From the NCBI RefSeq assembly GCF_001194135.2, contig NC_068991.1, forward strand, positions 12,262,407 through 12,309,268: a stretch of DNA of 46,862 nucleotides, in the 5' to 3' direction. Shown in pieces: positions 24,247-37,148 of this stretch; positions within the stretch are counted from its first letter, which is position 1, and the number at the start of each line of letters is the position of its first letter. The notes below the pieces were generated by a model. That model was not told the origin of the DNA, made no database searches, and worked only from the letters and a program-made list of their open reading frames with translations. Source of the stretch: Octopus bimaculoides. Taxonomy: Eukaryota. The position numbers and the translations under genes were made by a program.

Positions 24247-24496
24247 ATATTCTGACCAGACAGCTGGTTGAAGGGTACTTTCCATCCTCCCCCACAACAG
24301 CACTTTCCCTGTTGACTAAAAGATAAAGATAAAAATGATGCAGGTGGCTTACCCAGGTAGAAACGAATTTGTGTTCTTGTGCGAAAGTTAGAAGACCCTT
24401 CATTTCAGAGAAAAGGGACGCTGTCAGTAGTCCCTATAATTCTTTAAATGAAATGGCAGCGCCAGTTCAGAGAGAAAGAAGAAGAGAGGGAGAGCG

Positions 24497-24551
<55 letters not shown>

Positions 24552-25305
24552 CACTCTAGGGTGGGCTGGTATTTTATTTATTGACATAGAAAGGGTCAAA
24601 CATAAAGTTCAACTCAGCAGTGTTTGAAATCCGAGCGTTGGCAATCAGAATAAATAACGCAAAACGTTGTATCTAATACTCCAACGGTACAATCATTTCG
24701 CTGCCTATTGAGTGCTACAAATAATCCGAAATACTTCTAATGTCACTCATAATCCGAAGTATTTCTAAATCTTTATTAGTCAACTACTTTAACACGAATA
24801 CCGAGTCGATATTTCATACAACACAACCTGCATTAAAAAATATTGGACAGACATATATGCATATAATTTGACTTGAAACCAAGACCGACCCCCCCCCCCG
24901 CCACCAGATTTGTATACGTAATATATTGGGTCTCATTTTGTCCATACGACTTAAACACTACTTTGTCTTTTTTCCCTTCAAATCTGCTTTTGAGAAAGAA
25001 GCATAAATACTGAAACAGCAATGGACCTTTATGAGCTAGGAACTGATATATATANNNNNNNNNNNNNNNNNNNNNNNNNNNNNNNNNNNNNNNNNNNNNN
25101 NNNNNNNNNNNNNNNNNNNNNNNNNNNNNNNNNNNNNNNNNNNNNNNNNNNNNNNNNNNNNNNNNNNNNNNNNNNNNNNNNNNNNNNNNNNNNNNNNNNN
25201 NNNNNNNNNNNNNNNNNNNNNNNNNNNNNNNNNNNNNNNNNNNNNNNNNNNNNNNNNNNNNNNNNNNNNNNNNNNNNNNNNNNNNNNNNNNNNNNNNNNN
25301 NNNNN

Positions 25306-25365
<60 letters not shown>

Positions 25366-26614
25366 CACACACACACACACACAAACACACAGATATATAT
25401 ATATATATAAACATACATACAACCATATGCACATACGTACAAGCACACTTCAACGACAATTGACTGTTCATTTTCATGCAAAACCTTATAAAAATCACAG
25501 GCTTTTAATTCCGCATCGCAACACGTCAGATATTCAATAAAATAATTTTATTTCCACACATGATTTACGTATTTCGCTTTTATGGCTTGTCTATTCCGGC
25601 ATGATCTACAATATCTCAAGCGACCTCTTCGAGGTGACAATCTTATATTTAATATTTGCTTCGGCTTAATATCGTCCAATAATACTACATATATATATGA
25701 ACATGTAGCATGTACATCTGCTGTCTATACAGTTTGGTTGAAGCGATATAAACTGTTCAAATATTTTTACAGTACACCAAAAAGCTTCGGTGAAAATAAA
25801 ATAAAATAAAATGAAATAAAAACGTTTCGCCATTTTATTTATCATTCAGCGCGACAGCATACATCCATCTGATGCACATCCAATCAATCAAACTGATTTT
25901 ATATTTATATNNNNNNNNNNGTATATACTATATAGATACATTTCTTTTATTAGCCACACAGGGCTCAACGAAGATGGGACAAATACAATGTAGAGCTTTA
26001 GATAGATATATGTATATATATTTTTATGTATGTATGTATGCTTGCAGGCATACATTTATGTACGTATACCTAAAACCGAGTCAACCCAATAATGAATGCT
26101 TTAAGCACTGTAAGCATTTTATTATCAACTCCCATGTCAAAAGACGGAGGGGAGGAGGAGGAGGCGGAGGAGACGAAAAAGGAAAAAGAAGAGGAAAGAA
26201 AGTATGTTTTTGTGTGTGTATGAGTGTGTGCTTGCTCTTGTTCTCTGCATGTCTTTATACATATATCTTTAATTTTATATGTAAATGCGTGTATATATAT
26301 GTGTCTGCATGCATGTAATTAAACATGTATGTCTAAATATGTATGTAATTTTGTCATATGTATGTGTGTTAGTTTGTATCTGTGTGTGTGTGCGTGTGTA
26401 TGAGAGTGTATATTAGGTATGTATGCATGTATGTATTCATTATGTATGTAGGTATGTATCGATGGATGTATAGTATAGTATATTGAATCAGTGATTTTTT
26501 TGTGAAAGAAATGGTGGAAAAAATAGTACTGAATACATATAGTTGATACGGTTTATTTAAACTGATTTCCCTGCTCATGACTTGAGTTTCCCGCAAAATC
26601 GATGTCAGAATACA

Positions 26615-26686
<72 letters not shown>

Positions 26687-26859
26687 CTCGTGATATTGTA
26701 TTGTTTCTTTCATATAAGGAATGAAATTTATATTTTCACACGATATTTCTGCCCTCAAAATTGTTAGTTCAAAGGGATTAGGATCAAAACGGTGAGTAAA
26801 TAAGTTTTGAGTTCATTTTCATCCCGATGAAGCTTGTGCGATACGGCGGTCTATCGTAA

Positions 26860-27340
26860 TCATTGCGAACATACTATTGCGTGTTCTGTTCAAAAGGAAC
26901 GGAAACCCTGTTAACCCGCCCAGCTATCCATCCTATTGCTCTCAGGTCTAACCTCCCTAAGTCGATGGAGATAGCCATTAACAATGGTTTACCGTCACAC
27001 TGAACTTCTCTCTTTCTCCTCCAAGCATCTCTGTAAACAGCGGAAGTGAGCTAAAACGTCAAAACTTGATGCGCATACACAACAGAATCTAAAGCCAATC
27101 TGTGCCAAGCGGCTTACTCTCCGTGCTTTAGCTTCGTTACTATGGCAACAATCCGGATACATATTGTTCTAGACGTGCATAGCTGTAGAGGTAGTTGTGC
27201 TTTATGACTGGTGGCCATTTATGCCCCCAACAGCAACTGGAAGGCTGGATTTCTTCTAACCAGTAGAAGTTTTCTTTAGAACAACTGCTCAGAGACCTAC
27301 AGTACAATTTCCATGGAACCAGATCCATTGGAGACTTTCT
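26860..27340 (+). mobile_element. Highly decayed LINE RT-downstream fragment (L2/CR1/Jockey-like)
   Basis: Only weak recalled motifs (SGLTSLSRW; F-LEQLLR-L) with many indels; tentative. Confidence 0.3.
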
Positions 27341-27354
27341 CAAAACACCGATAA

Positions 27355-27570
27355 ATCGTTAGCACGCCGGGCGAAATGCTTAGCGGTATTTCGTCTGTCT
27401 TTACGTTCTGAGTTCAAATTCCGCCGAGGTCGACTTTTCCTTTCATTCTTTTGGGGTCAATTAAATAAATACTAGTTGCACACTGTGGTCGGTGTAATCG
27501 ACTTAATCACTTTATCTGTCCTTTTTTGTCCCCTCTATGTTTAGCCCCCTGTGGCCAATAAAGAAAGAAA
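27355..27570 (+). mobile_element. SINE family C
   Basis: cgttagcacgccgggcgaaatgcttagcgg...ttctgagttcaaattccgccgaggtcgacttttcctttcattcttttggggtc...tagccccctgtggccaataaagaaag. Confidence 0.9.
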
Positions 27571-27789
27571 TATTATAAGGTTTGAACTATAGATGTTTAG
27601 TGTTACTGGAGAAAATCCATGAAACCCCCGCATTTTCGTTACTCACGCACACAGATATATATATNNNNNNNNNNNNNNNNNNNNNNNNNNNNNNNNNNNN
27701 NNNNNNNNNNNNNNNNNNNNNNNNNNNNNNNNNNNNNNNNNNNNNNNNNNNNNNNNNNNNNNNNNNNNNNNNNNNNTATATATATATAT

Positions 27790-28005
27790 ATTCTTTTTTA
27801 TTCTTTTACTTGTTTCAGTCATCTGACTGCGGCCATGCTGGAGCACTGCCTTGATTGGTTTAACTTGGACAAATCGACCCCAGAGAACTTATTCCTTTAA
27901 AGCCTAGAACTTATTCTGTCGGTCTCGTTTTGCCGAATCGCTAAGTTACAGGGACGTAAACATGCCAACACCGGTTGTCAAGCGGTGATGATGGGACAAA
28001 GACAC
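27790..28005 (-). mobile_element. SINE family A, 3' half
   Basis: ttttacttgtttcagtcatctgactgcggccatgctggagcac...gctaagttacagggacgtaaac...ggttgtcaagcgg matches 17735-17930. Confidence 0.88.
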
Positions 28006-28099
28006 ACACATAAATTACTTGCTTTTTCAGACATGGAAGAGCTTCTTTCATTTTTCCTTTTCATCGACTCGGAGATTTGTGTGAAGCAAAGTTATTCTC

Positions 28100-28380
28100 A
28101 GATCAGAGGCCTGGCTCCAATTCTAGTATATGTTCAAGCTGTCTCTATTAAACATAGTTTGTTAAATGCATCCAAAATACAAGAAGTGCTGAAATTAAAC
28201 TGGGCGGTCATTTACGTTTATCATCCAAGAACAGGAATGGATTTTTCGACGGGCTTCTAGAAATTTTTTGCATACAAAATTCCATTTGCAAGATTTTTGA
28301 CGACACGACGATATGGCGGATGACACTCACCCAAAGTGCTGAGTGGTTGAATAACGTTATAGCGAAGTTCTGTGGAATTA
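28100..28380 (-). mobile_element. Possible decayed RTE-like RT fragment
   Basis: Reverse translation gives FQHFLYFGCI (cf. F-YLG-I motif) and RHIVVSSKILQMEFCMQK; weak. Confidence 0.25.
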
Positions 28381-30016
28381 AGCCTGGAGCCAAATTGTTG
28401 CGAAGAGAATTGCATAGCTACACAATTATGGTTATATTTCGTTTGGTTTTGATGTGATTTGTGGCAACGATAATATATTCATTTGTTGGTGATGAGAAAG
28501 GAGATAGAATATGTATACAGAAAAAAATATATATAATGATAAAAAAAGAAGTCAAGCAATTTTGAAAGTTATGAAAGGAGAAAAGACGTATAGGAATAAA
28601 ATATATTTTAAATAAGATATAAGGTAGGATATCAATACAATGGGGGAAAAGAATGTTAGCTAAGAAGAAAAAAGGGGGGAAATGGAAAAGAAAACAAAGA
28701 CAGCGAAGGGAGTTTATACAGAAAAATAAATGGTATGATTTGGATAAAGATATCTTAGTGTATGTTGGCTGATATGAAAGATTAATGGAAGACCGAGTGT
28801 TTGAAGACATGAAGAAAGGAATGAATGATGGAAAGAAAGATTGAAGGAAAGCATACGAGAAGCATACGAGAAATAGTAACTGAGGCGTAAAAAGAATTAC
28901 AGTGATTTAGTTAGAGATATTTAACTGAAGCAAACGATACATAGATGTTAGGAAAGGAATTTGGGGAAATAAAGTGAGAACGAAGAAAGAACGATGGAAA
29001 GAATGTGAAGGAAAAGAAAAGAGACTACAGACAAAAAAAAAATAATAATAATAATAATAAGAGAAAAGGAGAAGAAAGACGAAAAGACAACGGAAGAAAA
29101 TTGAAGATAAGAAAGACGAAAGATAAAAAATAAACAGAAGAAAACTAAGGAAAATGAAAGAGGAAATGAAAGAAGGAAAAATGCAATGGTTTCTCTGAAA
29201 CCTTTGGAATATAACAATGACTGAAATCGAATAAGCATAAATACATACATNNNNNNNNNNNNNNNNNNNNNNNNNNNNNNNNNNNNNNNNNNNNNNNNNN
29301 NNNNNNNNNNNNNNNNNNNNNNNNNNNNNNNNNNNNNNNNNNNNNNNNNNNNNNNNNNNNNNNNNNNNNNNNNNNNNNNNNNNNNNNNNNNNNNNNNNNN
29401 NNNNNNNNNNNNNNNNNNNNNNNNNNNNNNNNNNNNNNNNNNNNNNNNNNNNNNNNNNNNNNNNNNNNNNNNNNNNNNNNNNNNNNNNNNNNNNNNNNNN
29501 NNNNNNNNNNNNNNNNNNNNNNNNNNNNNNNNNNNNNNNNNNNNNNNNNNNNNNNNNNNNNNNNNNNNNNNNNNNNNNNNNNNNNNNNNNNNNNNNNNNN
29601 NNNNNNNNNNNNNNNNNNNNNNNNNNNNNNNNNNNNNNNNNNNNNNNNNNNNNNNNNNNNNNNNNNNNNNNNNNNNNNNNNNNNNNNNNNNNNNNNNNNN
29701 NNNNNNNNNNNNNNNNNNNNNNNNNNNNNNNNNNNNNNNNNNNNNNNNNNNNNNNNNNNNNNNNNNNNNNNNNNNNCGCATACAGACACAAAGACACACA
29801 CACATTCATATATATATATATGATTCACAATCAAGGTGCAGAAATGGCGTATTCCGAATGAACAAGGTAAAGTAATCTGATGATAGAAAGAATTCCGCGA
29901 ATTAAGTACTGCAAAGTCAGTCAGAAGGCTAATACTTCACATGTACCACATCCTCACGTTGTTCTTTTTTGTGTTTATTCTTCGTTTTTGAGGGATTTAC
30001 TATATATATATATCCA

Positions 30017-30138
30017 CATACGACGGGCTTCTTTCAGTTTCTGTATACCAAATCCACTCACAAGGCTTTGGTCGGCTCGAGGCTATAGTAGAAGACACCT
30101 GCCGAAACGTGCCACACGGTAACACTGAAGTCGGAACC
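30017..30138 (-). mobile_element. SINE family A, head/CORE-like fragment
   Basis: tacgacgggcttctttcagtttctgtataccaaatccactcacaaggctttggtcggctcgaggctatagtagaagacac matches 17975-18060. Confidence 0.88.
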
Positions 30139-30468
30139 ATGGCTCACTGGTTAGAGCATCGGGCTCAGAAACATGAGGTAGTGAGTTCGATTCTCGGACC
30201 GCGCTGTGTTGTGTTCTTGTGCAAGACACTTTATTCCACATTTCTCCAGATCACTCAGCTATAGGAAATGAGTTGCGACATCACTGATGCCAAGCTCTAT
30301 TGGCCTTTGCCATTCTCTTGGATAACACTGATGGCGTGGAAAAGGAAGCTGGTACGCATGGGCGACCGCTGATCTTCCATAAACAACTTTGCCCGGACTT
30401 GTTCTACGAAGAGTAACTTTCTGGGTGCAATGCCATGATCATTCATGATCGGAGGGGTCTTTACCCAT
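30139..30468 (+). mobile_element. SINE family D (tRNA head plus CORE-like segment), near full length
   Basis: atggctcactggttagagcatcgggctc...gagttcgattctcggacc...ttgtgttcttgtgcaagacactttatt...gggggtctttaccc-like end. Confidence 0.88.
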
Positions 30469-30989
30469 TTTATAATTGAATACACAGGGGCGTGATAATA
30501 AAAATAACTCATGGCGGCCTACGGCGTCTTTCCCATCCTATTTCAAGTACAGGATGCATGTACCCAGAATATATCAACCAAAGTAGTAAACCTGGATATC
30601 AACAGTGAGGAGTTTCACATTCTGGTAGGGAATATTCCCAGGATACATTCTCGCTTCTTCATCTCGCCTCATGTAGTTCAAGACTACGTGCTAAGAGAAT
30701 CAATGTACGAGAACAGGAACTTAGTTTCACTGTTGTACTTGAAAGAACTAGATGATTCTTAATAAACCCGGACTATGTTATAAGGATAACTTCAGATGGC
30801 GGCTTAAGTTTGTTGGAGGAAGCATGGGAGCTCTTGCGGTGAACAGAGATTAGAGTGTGGCAAGGTTAGTCTTCAGTTAAATTCCATGGAAATCAAGGTT
30901 ATCCCTGACAAATTTATTCTGAATTATCCACTTCAAATGACAACTAATGACAACAGGTGACACCGACATTAGCATCAAGCTTTAAAATA

Positions 30990-31223
30990 TTTGAGCACAA
31001 GGTAGGATGAGTGAGAGGTAATGGACAAGAGAGAATGAGCGAAAGGGAGATGAAGAGAAAGAAAGAAAGAAAGAAAGAAAAAGAAAGAAAGAAAGAAAAA
31101 GAAGGAAGGAAAGAGAAGGAATAAGATAAGGCGAAAGAATTTGGGGGAAAGAAAATAAGAAGAGAGAAAATAAGAAGAAAGGAAAGCGAGAAGAAAGAAA
31201 TAAGAAATAAATAAAAGATAGAT

Positions 31224-31266
<43 letters not shown>

Positions 31267-31640
31267 AATCAAATCAAATGAAACAATAAAACCCAAGGTA
31301 AAAATGTGATGAGAGAAGGACTGAAATTAGACGAAAGAAAGAATAAAAAAAGAAAATGAAGGAAGTAATAAAAGAGGAATGAAAAGAAAAAAAGAATGAA
31401 AGGAAATTCAGAAGCAAAAGAACAATATCCATATCAAGTAAAAGAAATTTATAAAATAATGACAATCGTTGATATTTGATTGACGCAGACAAGAAGAGAA
31501 TTATAAAGAGGAAGTGAACGTATTAGTTTAAAGAAGAGGGAGACATATTATAAAGACGAAAAAGATGAACGAGAAGGAGAAAGAATGAAAAAAAAAATGA
31601 AGGGAAGAGGAAGAAAAAGAAATAAAGAATGGTATGCAAA
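30990..31640. repeat. Polypurine (GAAA)n/(AAG)n low-complexity tract
   Basis: Direct inspection; a similar tract lies at 28450-29200. Confidence 0.85.
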
Positions 31641-31858
31641 AGAAACCAAATATGAAAATGCGTTTTAAAAGCAAAGTTGGTTGAAAACAACGACTCTGTT
31701 TGCAAATATTATTTGTGTCGTTATTCGGTGAGTAATGGCGTTGTCCAAAATGCAGTCCACTTGAAAATAGAAACAGACAAAAAAACACGAAAAACAACAG
31801 CCATAAGGGTTTATTTATGCACATACACACACGCACACACACACACACAGATAAATAA

Positions 31859-31900
<42 letters not shown>

Positions 31901-32685
31901 CTATATATCTATTTATCTATAAAAAAAGCTGTTGAATATGAAATATAGTCGGGAGACAGTTGTACATTGAGTGACTTTCATCGGTATATCAAAATAACAA
32001 GAAATAAGCAACAACAACAACAACAGAAAACAAAAAACAACTGTGTATTACAACGAAGTACTTCAACAAAAACCTATTATAACACTATATATATATAAGC
32101 AACATATAAGCATATAAACTGAGAGGAAAATGGAGCATTGGTTAACAAACAAGAAAAAAATAACCGCAAGGAGTCAAAACAGCGATGACAAACAAACAAA
32201 AGGATGACAAATATAGTCTACAATGAAAATGAAGTGATGTATTAATGTGATTTGAGTGGCAGCACTTAATACTTCTTAATTTCGGACATTTTTTATGTGT
32301 CATATACGCATGTATACACACACACACACACACACACACANNNNNNNNNNNNNNNNNNNNNNNNNNNNNNNNNNNNNNNNNNNNNNNNNNNNNNNNNNNN
32401 NNNNNNNNNNNNNNNNNNNNNNNNNNNNNNNNNNNNNNNNNNNNNNNNNNNNNNNNNNNNNNNNNNNNNNNNNNNNNNNNNNNNNNNNNNNNNNNNNNNN
32501 NNNNNNNNNNNNNNNNNNNNNNNNNNNNNNNNNNNNNNNNNNNNNNNNNNNNNNNNNNNNNNNNNNNNNNNNNNNNNNNNNNNNNNNNNNNNNNNNNNNN
32601 NNNNNNNNNNNNNNNNNNNNNNNNNNNNNNNNNNNNNNNNNNNNNNNNNNNNNNNNNNNNNNNNNNNNNNNNNTGTGTGTATATA

Positions 32686-32719
<34 letters not shown>

Positions 32720-32720
32720 C

Positions 32721-32756
<36 letters not shown>

Positions 32757-33344
32757 TTGTGTGCGTCTGTGTGTCTATGCATGTATGCATGCATGTGTGT
32801 ATGTATGTATATATGTATGCATGTATAAATTTTATTTACATACATAAAAAACATTCAAAAGTGTGTATCAAAATGAATGTATAGGTATAGAAAAAGAAAC
32901 ATCGGTCTCACACCCGCTTATATACACAAGAAAATAAACACATGATAATAGAGATCAACTGGCAAAATGATAACAATACCTAAAAAGAAAAGAAAAAAAT
33001 GGCATTCATGTTTTGTATCCCTTTTGTTTAAACACAATATATTTTAGAAGAGAATTATGTCCGAGGATAAAAATTGTACACTCTTCTAACAGAGAAATAT
33101 GAACATCACAAAAAAAAAAGGTCTACAATATTGTTCTCTGGATGTATGTGTGTACGTACGCTCGCGTGCGGCTGTGTGACTGAGTGTGTGTGAGTGTGTC
33201 TGTGTGAGTGTGTATGTGCGTCTGTGTGTGTCGTGTGTGTATGTGTATGTAGATACATTGATTGATAGATTGATAGATAGATAGTTATACACATCCATAT
33301 ATACTTATATACACGCACACCTCTCTCCCTTTCACCCTCTCTCT

Positions 33345-33390
<46 letters not shown>

Positions 33391-34179
33391 NNNNNNNNNN
33401 NNNNNNNNNNNNNNNNNNNNNNNNNNNNNNNNNNNNNNNNNNNNNNNNNNNNNNNNNNNNNNNNNNNNNNNNNNNNNNNNNNNNNNNNNNNNNNNNNNNN
33501 NNNNNNNNNNNNNNNNNNNNNNNNNNNNNNNNNNNNNNNNNNNNNNNNNNNNNNNNNNNNNNNNNNNNNNNNNNNNNNNNNNNNNNNNNNNNNNNNNNNN
33601 NNNNNNNNNNNNNNNNNNNNNNNNNNNNNNNNNNNNNNNNNNNNNNNNNNNNNNNNNNNNNNNNNNNNNNNNNNNNNNNNNNNNNNNNNNNNNNNNNNNN
33701 NNNNNNNNNNNNNNNNNNNNNNNNNNNNNNNNNNNNNNNNNNNNNNNNNNNNNNNNNNNNNNNNNNNNNNNNNNNNNNNNNNNNNNNNNNNNNNNNNNNN
33801 NNNNNNNNNNNNNNNNNNNNNNNNNNNNNNNNNNNNNNNNNNNNNNNNNNNNNNNNNNNNNNNNNNNNNNNNNNNNNNNNNNNNNNNNNNNNNNNNNNNN
33901 NNNNNNNNNNNNNNNNNNNNNNNNNNNNNNNNNNNNNNNNNNNNNNNNNNNTATATATATATACATATGTGTATGTATGTATGGTACGCTAACTTTCAAA
34001 TAATTGTGTGTGTTAAAGTGAATATATAGGTATTTAAAAAAAGAAGAGCATCGCTCTCACAGACATATGCACAAGAAAATAAATACATGAATTGATGAGC
34101 TGGCAAAAAAACAATTTACAAAAAAGAAATTCATGTTTTGCATCACTTTACATACATACACACACGTGTGTGTATTTGC

Positions 34180-34210
<31 letters not shown>

Positions 34211-34644
34211 TGTGTGTGTGTGTGCGCGCGTGTAAGTGTGTAAGTATGTATGTATGTATGTATGTCATTATTCAGTTTTATCTCAAGTATGTATGTATGT
34301 ATGTGTGTATGTATGTATGAATGTATGTATGTATGTATGTATGTATGTATGTATGTATGTATGTATGTGCAGATTTGTATGTTTTGCCTTATGTACGTAT
34401 TCTCGTGCATATTCTCTCTACACATGGCTTATATGACTCATGGATGCAAAGATCAAAATTGTCTAACTTCTTGAATCATTACCTTAATTAGTTTACGGCA
34501 TTCGCTTGAAGATCATGGAAAACGTAGGTCGTATAATAAAAGAAGTGGAAAAAAGAAAGAAAAAACGAAAAATAAATTAAAGATTTACTCAGGAGAGTAA
34601 TATAGCAAAAGGGATCAGTTAGAAAAATGGTGCAGAAAAATGAG

Positions 34645-34800
34645 AGACCCCCTTTGGGCATGACTGACCATGGGATTACACCTAGAAAGTTATCCTTCCA
34701 GGCACAAGTCCGGGCAAGATTGTTTGTGGAATGTCCATGCATACTGGCCTTCCCTCTCCACCCCTCTCCTTCCTAGCTCTCCTGTGAAACTACCTTTTTC
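34645..34800 (-). mobile_element. SINE family D, 3' part
   Basis: gacccctttgggcatgactgaccatgggattacacctagaaagtta...gcacaagtccgggcaag is the reverse complement of 30385-30460. Confidence 0.75.
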
Positions 34801-34849
34801 CAACCAGTTGCTGTGATTGATCACTAAATGCACAAGTTATTTTTTCTCT

Positions 34850-35008
34850 CTCTCTCTCTGTTTATTTCCTCGTGTTTCTTTCTGATGAAGAGCGTAGGCT
34901 CGAAACGTCAAAGTCTTTTTCACTTTCCCGAGCGTCAAACTAATACACCTGCTTGTTGTTTATACACTTGTCTTCGTCTTTTGTTTTCCTGTAAATTTCA
35001 ACTTTATA
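34850..35008 (+). mobile_element. ~160-bp Penelope-like (pLTR-type) repeat carrying a hammerhead motif
   Basis: Homologous by eye to the reverse complement of 42790-42950 (ctgtttatt...ctttctg..gaagagc...cgaaacgt.aaag..ttt..ca.ttcccgagcg..aaactaatac); ends in (TA)n. The PLE assignment is inferred from the hammerhead type. Confidence 0.6.
34878..34913 (+). ncRNA. Minimal type I hammerhead ribozyme motif
   Basis: CUUU-CUGAUGA-A-GAGC(GUAG)GCUC-GAAA-C-GUC^AAAG: intact core, 4-bp stem II, 4-bp stem I, palindromic ACGU stem III, predicted cleavage after C34909. Confidence 0.7.
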
Positions 35009-35980
35009 TATGTATATATCTATACATACATACGTATATANNNNNNNNNNNNNNNNNNNNNNNNNNNNNNNNNNNNNNNNNNNNNNNNNNNNNNNNNNNN
35101 NNNNNNNNNNNNNNNNNNNNNNNNNNNNNNNNNNNNNNNNNNNNNNNNNNNNNNNNNNNNNNNNNNNNNNNNNNNNNNNNNNNNNNNNNNNNNNNNNNNN
35201 NNNNNNNNNNNNNNNNNNNNNNNNNNNNNNNNNNNNNNNNNNNNNNNNNNNNNNNNNNNNNNNNNNNNNNNNNNNNNNNNNNNNNNNNNNNNNNNNNNNN
35301 NNNNNNNNNNNNTACACACACACACACGTATATATGCACGTATGAATGGATGCGGAAACGTATACATATATAAATATGTGTGTGTACGTACAAAAATATA
35401 CGCATATACAAACACATACACACATACACAGGAGTACGCATCTAATAGATGTCATAATGAAATTACTATTTAAAGTTAGAAAATATATATGTAGTACCGC
35501 GCTTGACCAAAGACGAGTAAATTACACGAACAATAAAAAAAACCCCCCAGACATGTACGATCGGTTTTCTTTCTTTCCTTCTCTGTTTGTTTCTTTCTTT
35601 CACTCTTTTTTCTTTCATTGTTTTTTCAGTGCATTTTCGTTTTGTTTCTCTTCCGCCATCATTAAAATTATTCGTGACATTGGGTTACAACTGCTGTTGG
35701 TTGCTTCCCCTTGTGATGTATATCTTCAAATTACGCCGGATGACCTGCAGCAGCTATGAATAACAGCGACGCTATTAAACATTAGACATATAACAGCGGT
35801 TAATAGTCTTCTTTCTTTCTTTTGTTTTTGTCTCTTCCTTTATTTGTTTCATAATGGTGGTGGTAGTGGTGATGGTGGTGGTGATGGTAGGATGCGAAAT
35901 GTGAAGAGGAGAGATGGACAACGTGTCTAGAATTATTTGCCAAATGCTTGGTCTTTTGTTGATGTTAATGATGTTGGTGT

Positions 35981-36362
35981 GGAGGCGCAATGGCCCAGGG
36001 GTTAGGGCAGCGGACTCGCGGTCATAGGATCGCGGTTTCGATTCCCAAACCGGGCGTTGTGAGTGTTTATTGAGCGAAAACACCTAAAGCCCCACGAGGC
36101 TCCGGCAGAGGATGGTGGCGAACCCTGCTGTACTCTTCCACCACAACTTTCTCTCACTCTTTCTTCCTGTTTCTGTTGTGCCTGTAATTCAAAGGGTCAG
36201 CCTTGTCACACTGTGTCACGTTGAATATCCCCGAGAACTACGTTAAGGGTACACGTGTCTGTGGAATGCTCAGCCACTTGCACGTTAATTTCACGAGCAG
36301 GCTGTTCCGTTGATCGGATCAACTAGAACCCTCGTCGTCGTCAGCGACGGAGTGCCAGCAAC
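35981..36362 (+). mobile_element. Full-length SINE family B with 14-bp TSD
   Basis: Flanks aatgatgttggtgt (35967-35980) and aatgatgttggtat (36363-36376); body matches 14046-14440. Confidence 0.95.
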
Positions 36363-36596
36363 AATGATGTTGGTATTGGTTTTGCTGATGAAAATATTGG
36401 CCATACTCTTGGTGCTGTTGATGATGTTTGTGTCTGGCAAATGCTGCTATACTGCATATTGCTTCGTTGCTGTTGTTTAATCCTAGGTCAGCCTGAATTG
36501 CGCAGTCTATGATCAAAAATCATTCCTAACTTGTCCGGCTCGTCTTTGTTTTGTAGTTTAAAATTTTTTGCACACATTGTATCTAGAATTACATGA

Positions 36597-36795
36597 GGCA
36601 GCGAGCTGGCAAATTCGTTAGCTTAACGAAATTCCTTCTGGGTCTCTGCTTTGAGTTCAAACATTGCCAAGGTCGACATTGCCTTTCATCTGTTTGGGGT
36701 CAATAAAATAAGTACCAGTTGAAAATTGGGGTCGATATAATCGACTTAACTTTCTTCTAGATTTGTTAGCCATAGGCCAAAGTTTGGAAGAATTA
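36597..36795 (+). mobile_element. SINE family C
   Basis: ggcagcgagctggcaaattcgttagc...ttgagttcaaacattgccaaggtcgacattgcctttcatc...ggggtcgatataatcgact. Confidence 0.8.
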
Positions 36796-36887
36796 TTATA
36801 TAAAGACAAGGTGTAAATAAATTTGGTAGACTAAAACTGTGTGAAAGTTCGTCACACACACACACACACACACACACACGCATATAA

Positions 36888-37146
36888 CAGTTCAATGGTT
36901 AGAGCATTGGGCTCACGATCATGAGGTAGTGAATTCGATTCCCAGACTGGGCTGTGTGTTGTGTTCTTGAGCAAGACACTTTATTTCACGTTGCTACAGT
37001 TTACCCAGCTGTAGAAATGAGTTACGATGTCATTGGGGCCAAGCTGTATCGGCCCTTTTGCCTTTCTCTTGGATATATTCGGTGGCGTTGAGAGGGGAGG
37101 CTGGTATGCATGGGCGACTGGTAGTTTTCTGGGTGCAATCCCGTGA
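36888..37146 (+). mobile_element. SINE family D, internally deleted and 3'-interrupted
   Basis: Matches 30145-30440. Confidence 0.85.
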
Positions 37147-37148
37147 TC

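Noticed and set aside
27985-28260. 91-aa plus-strand ORF with KIQEVLKLNWAV, reminiscent of mariner
   Set aside because: No YSPDLAP or DDD motifs; weak reverse-strand RT-like motifs explain the region at least as well.
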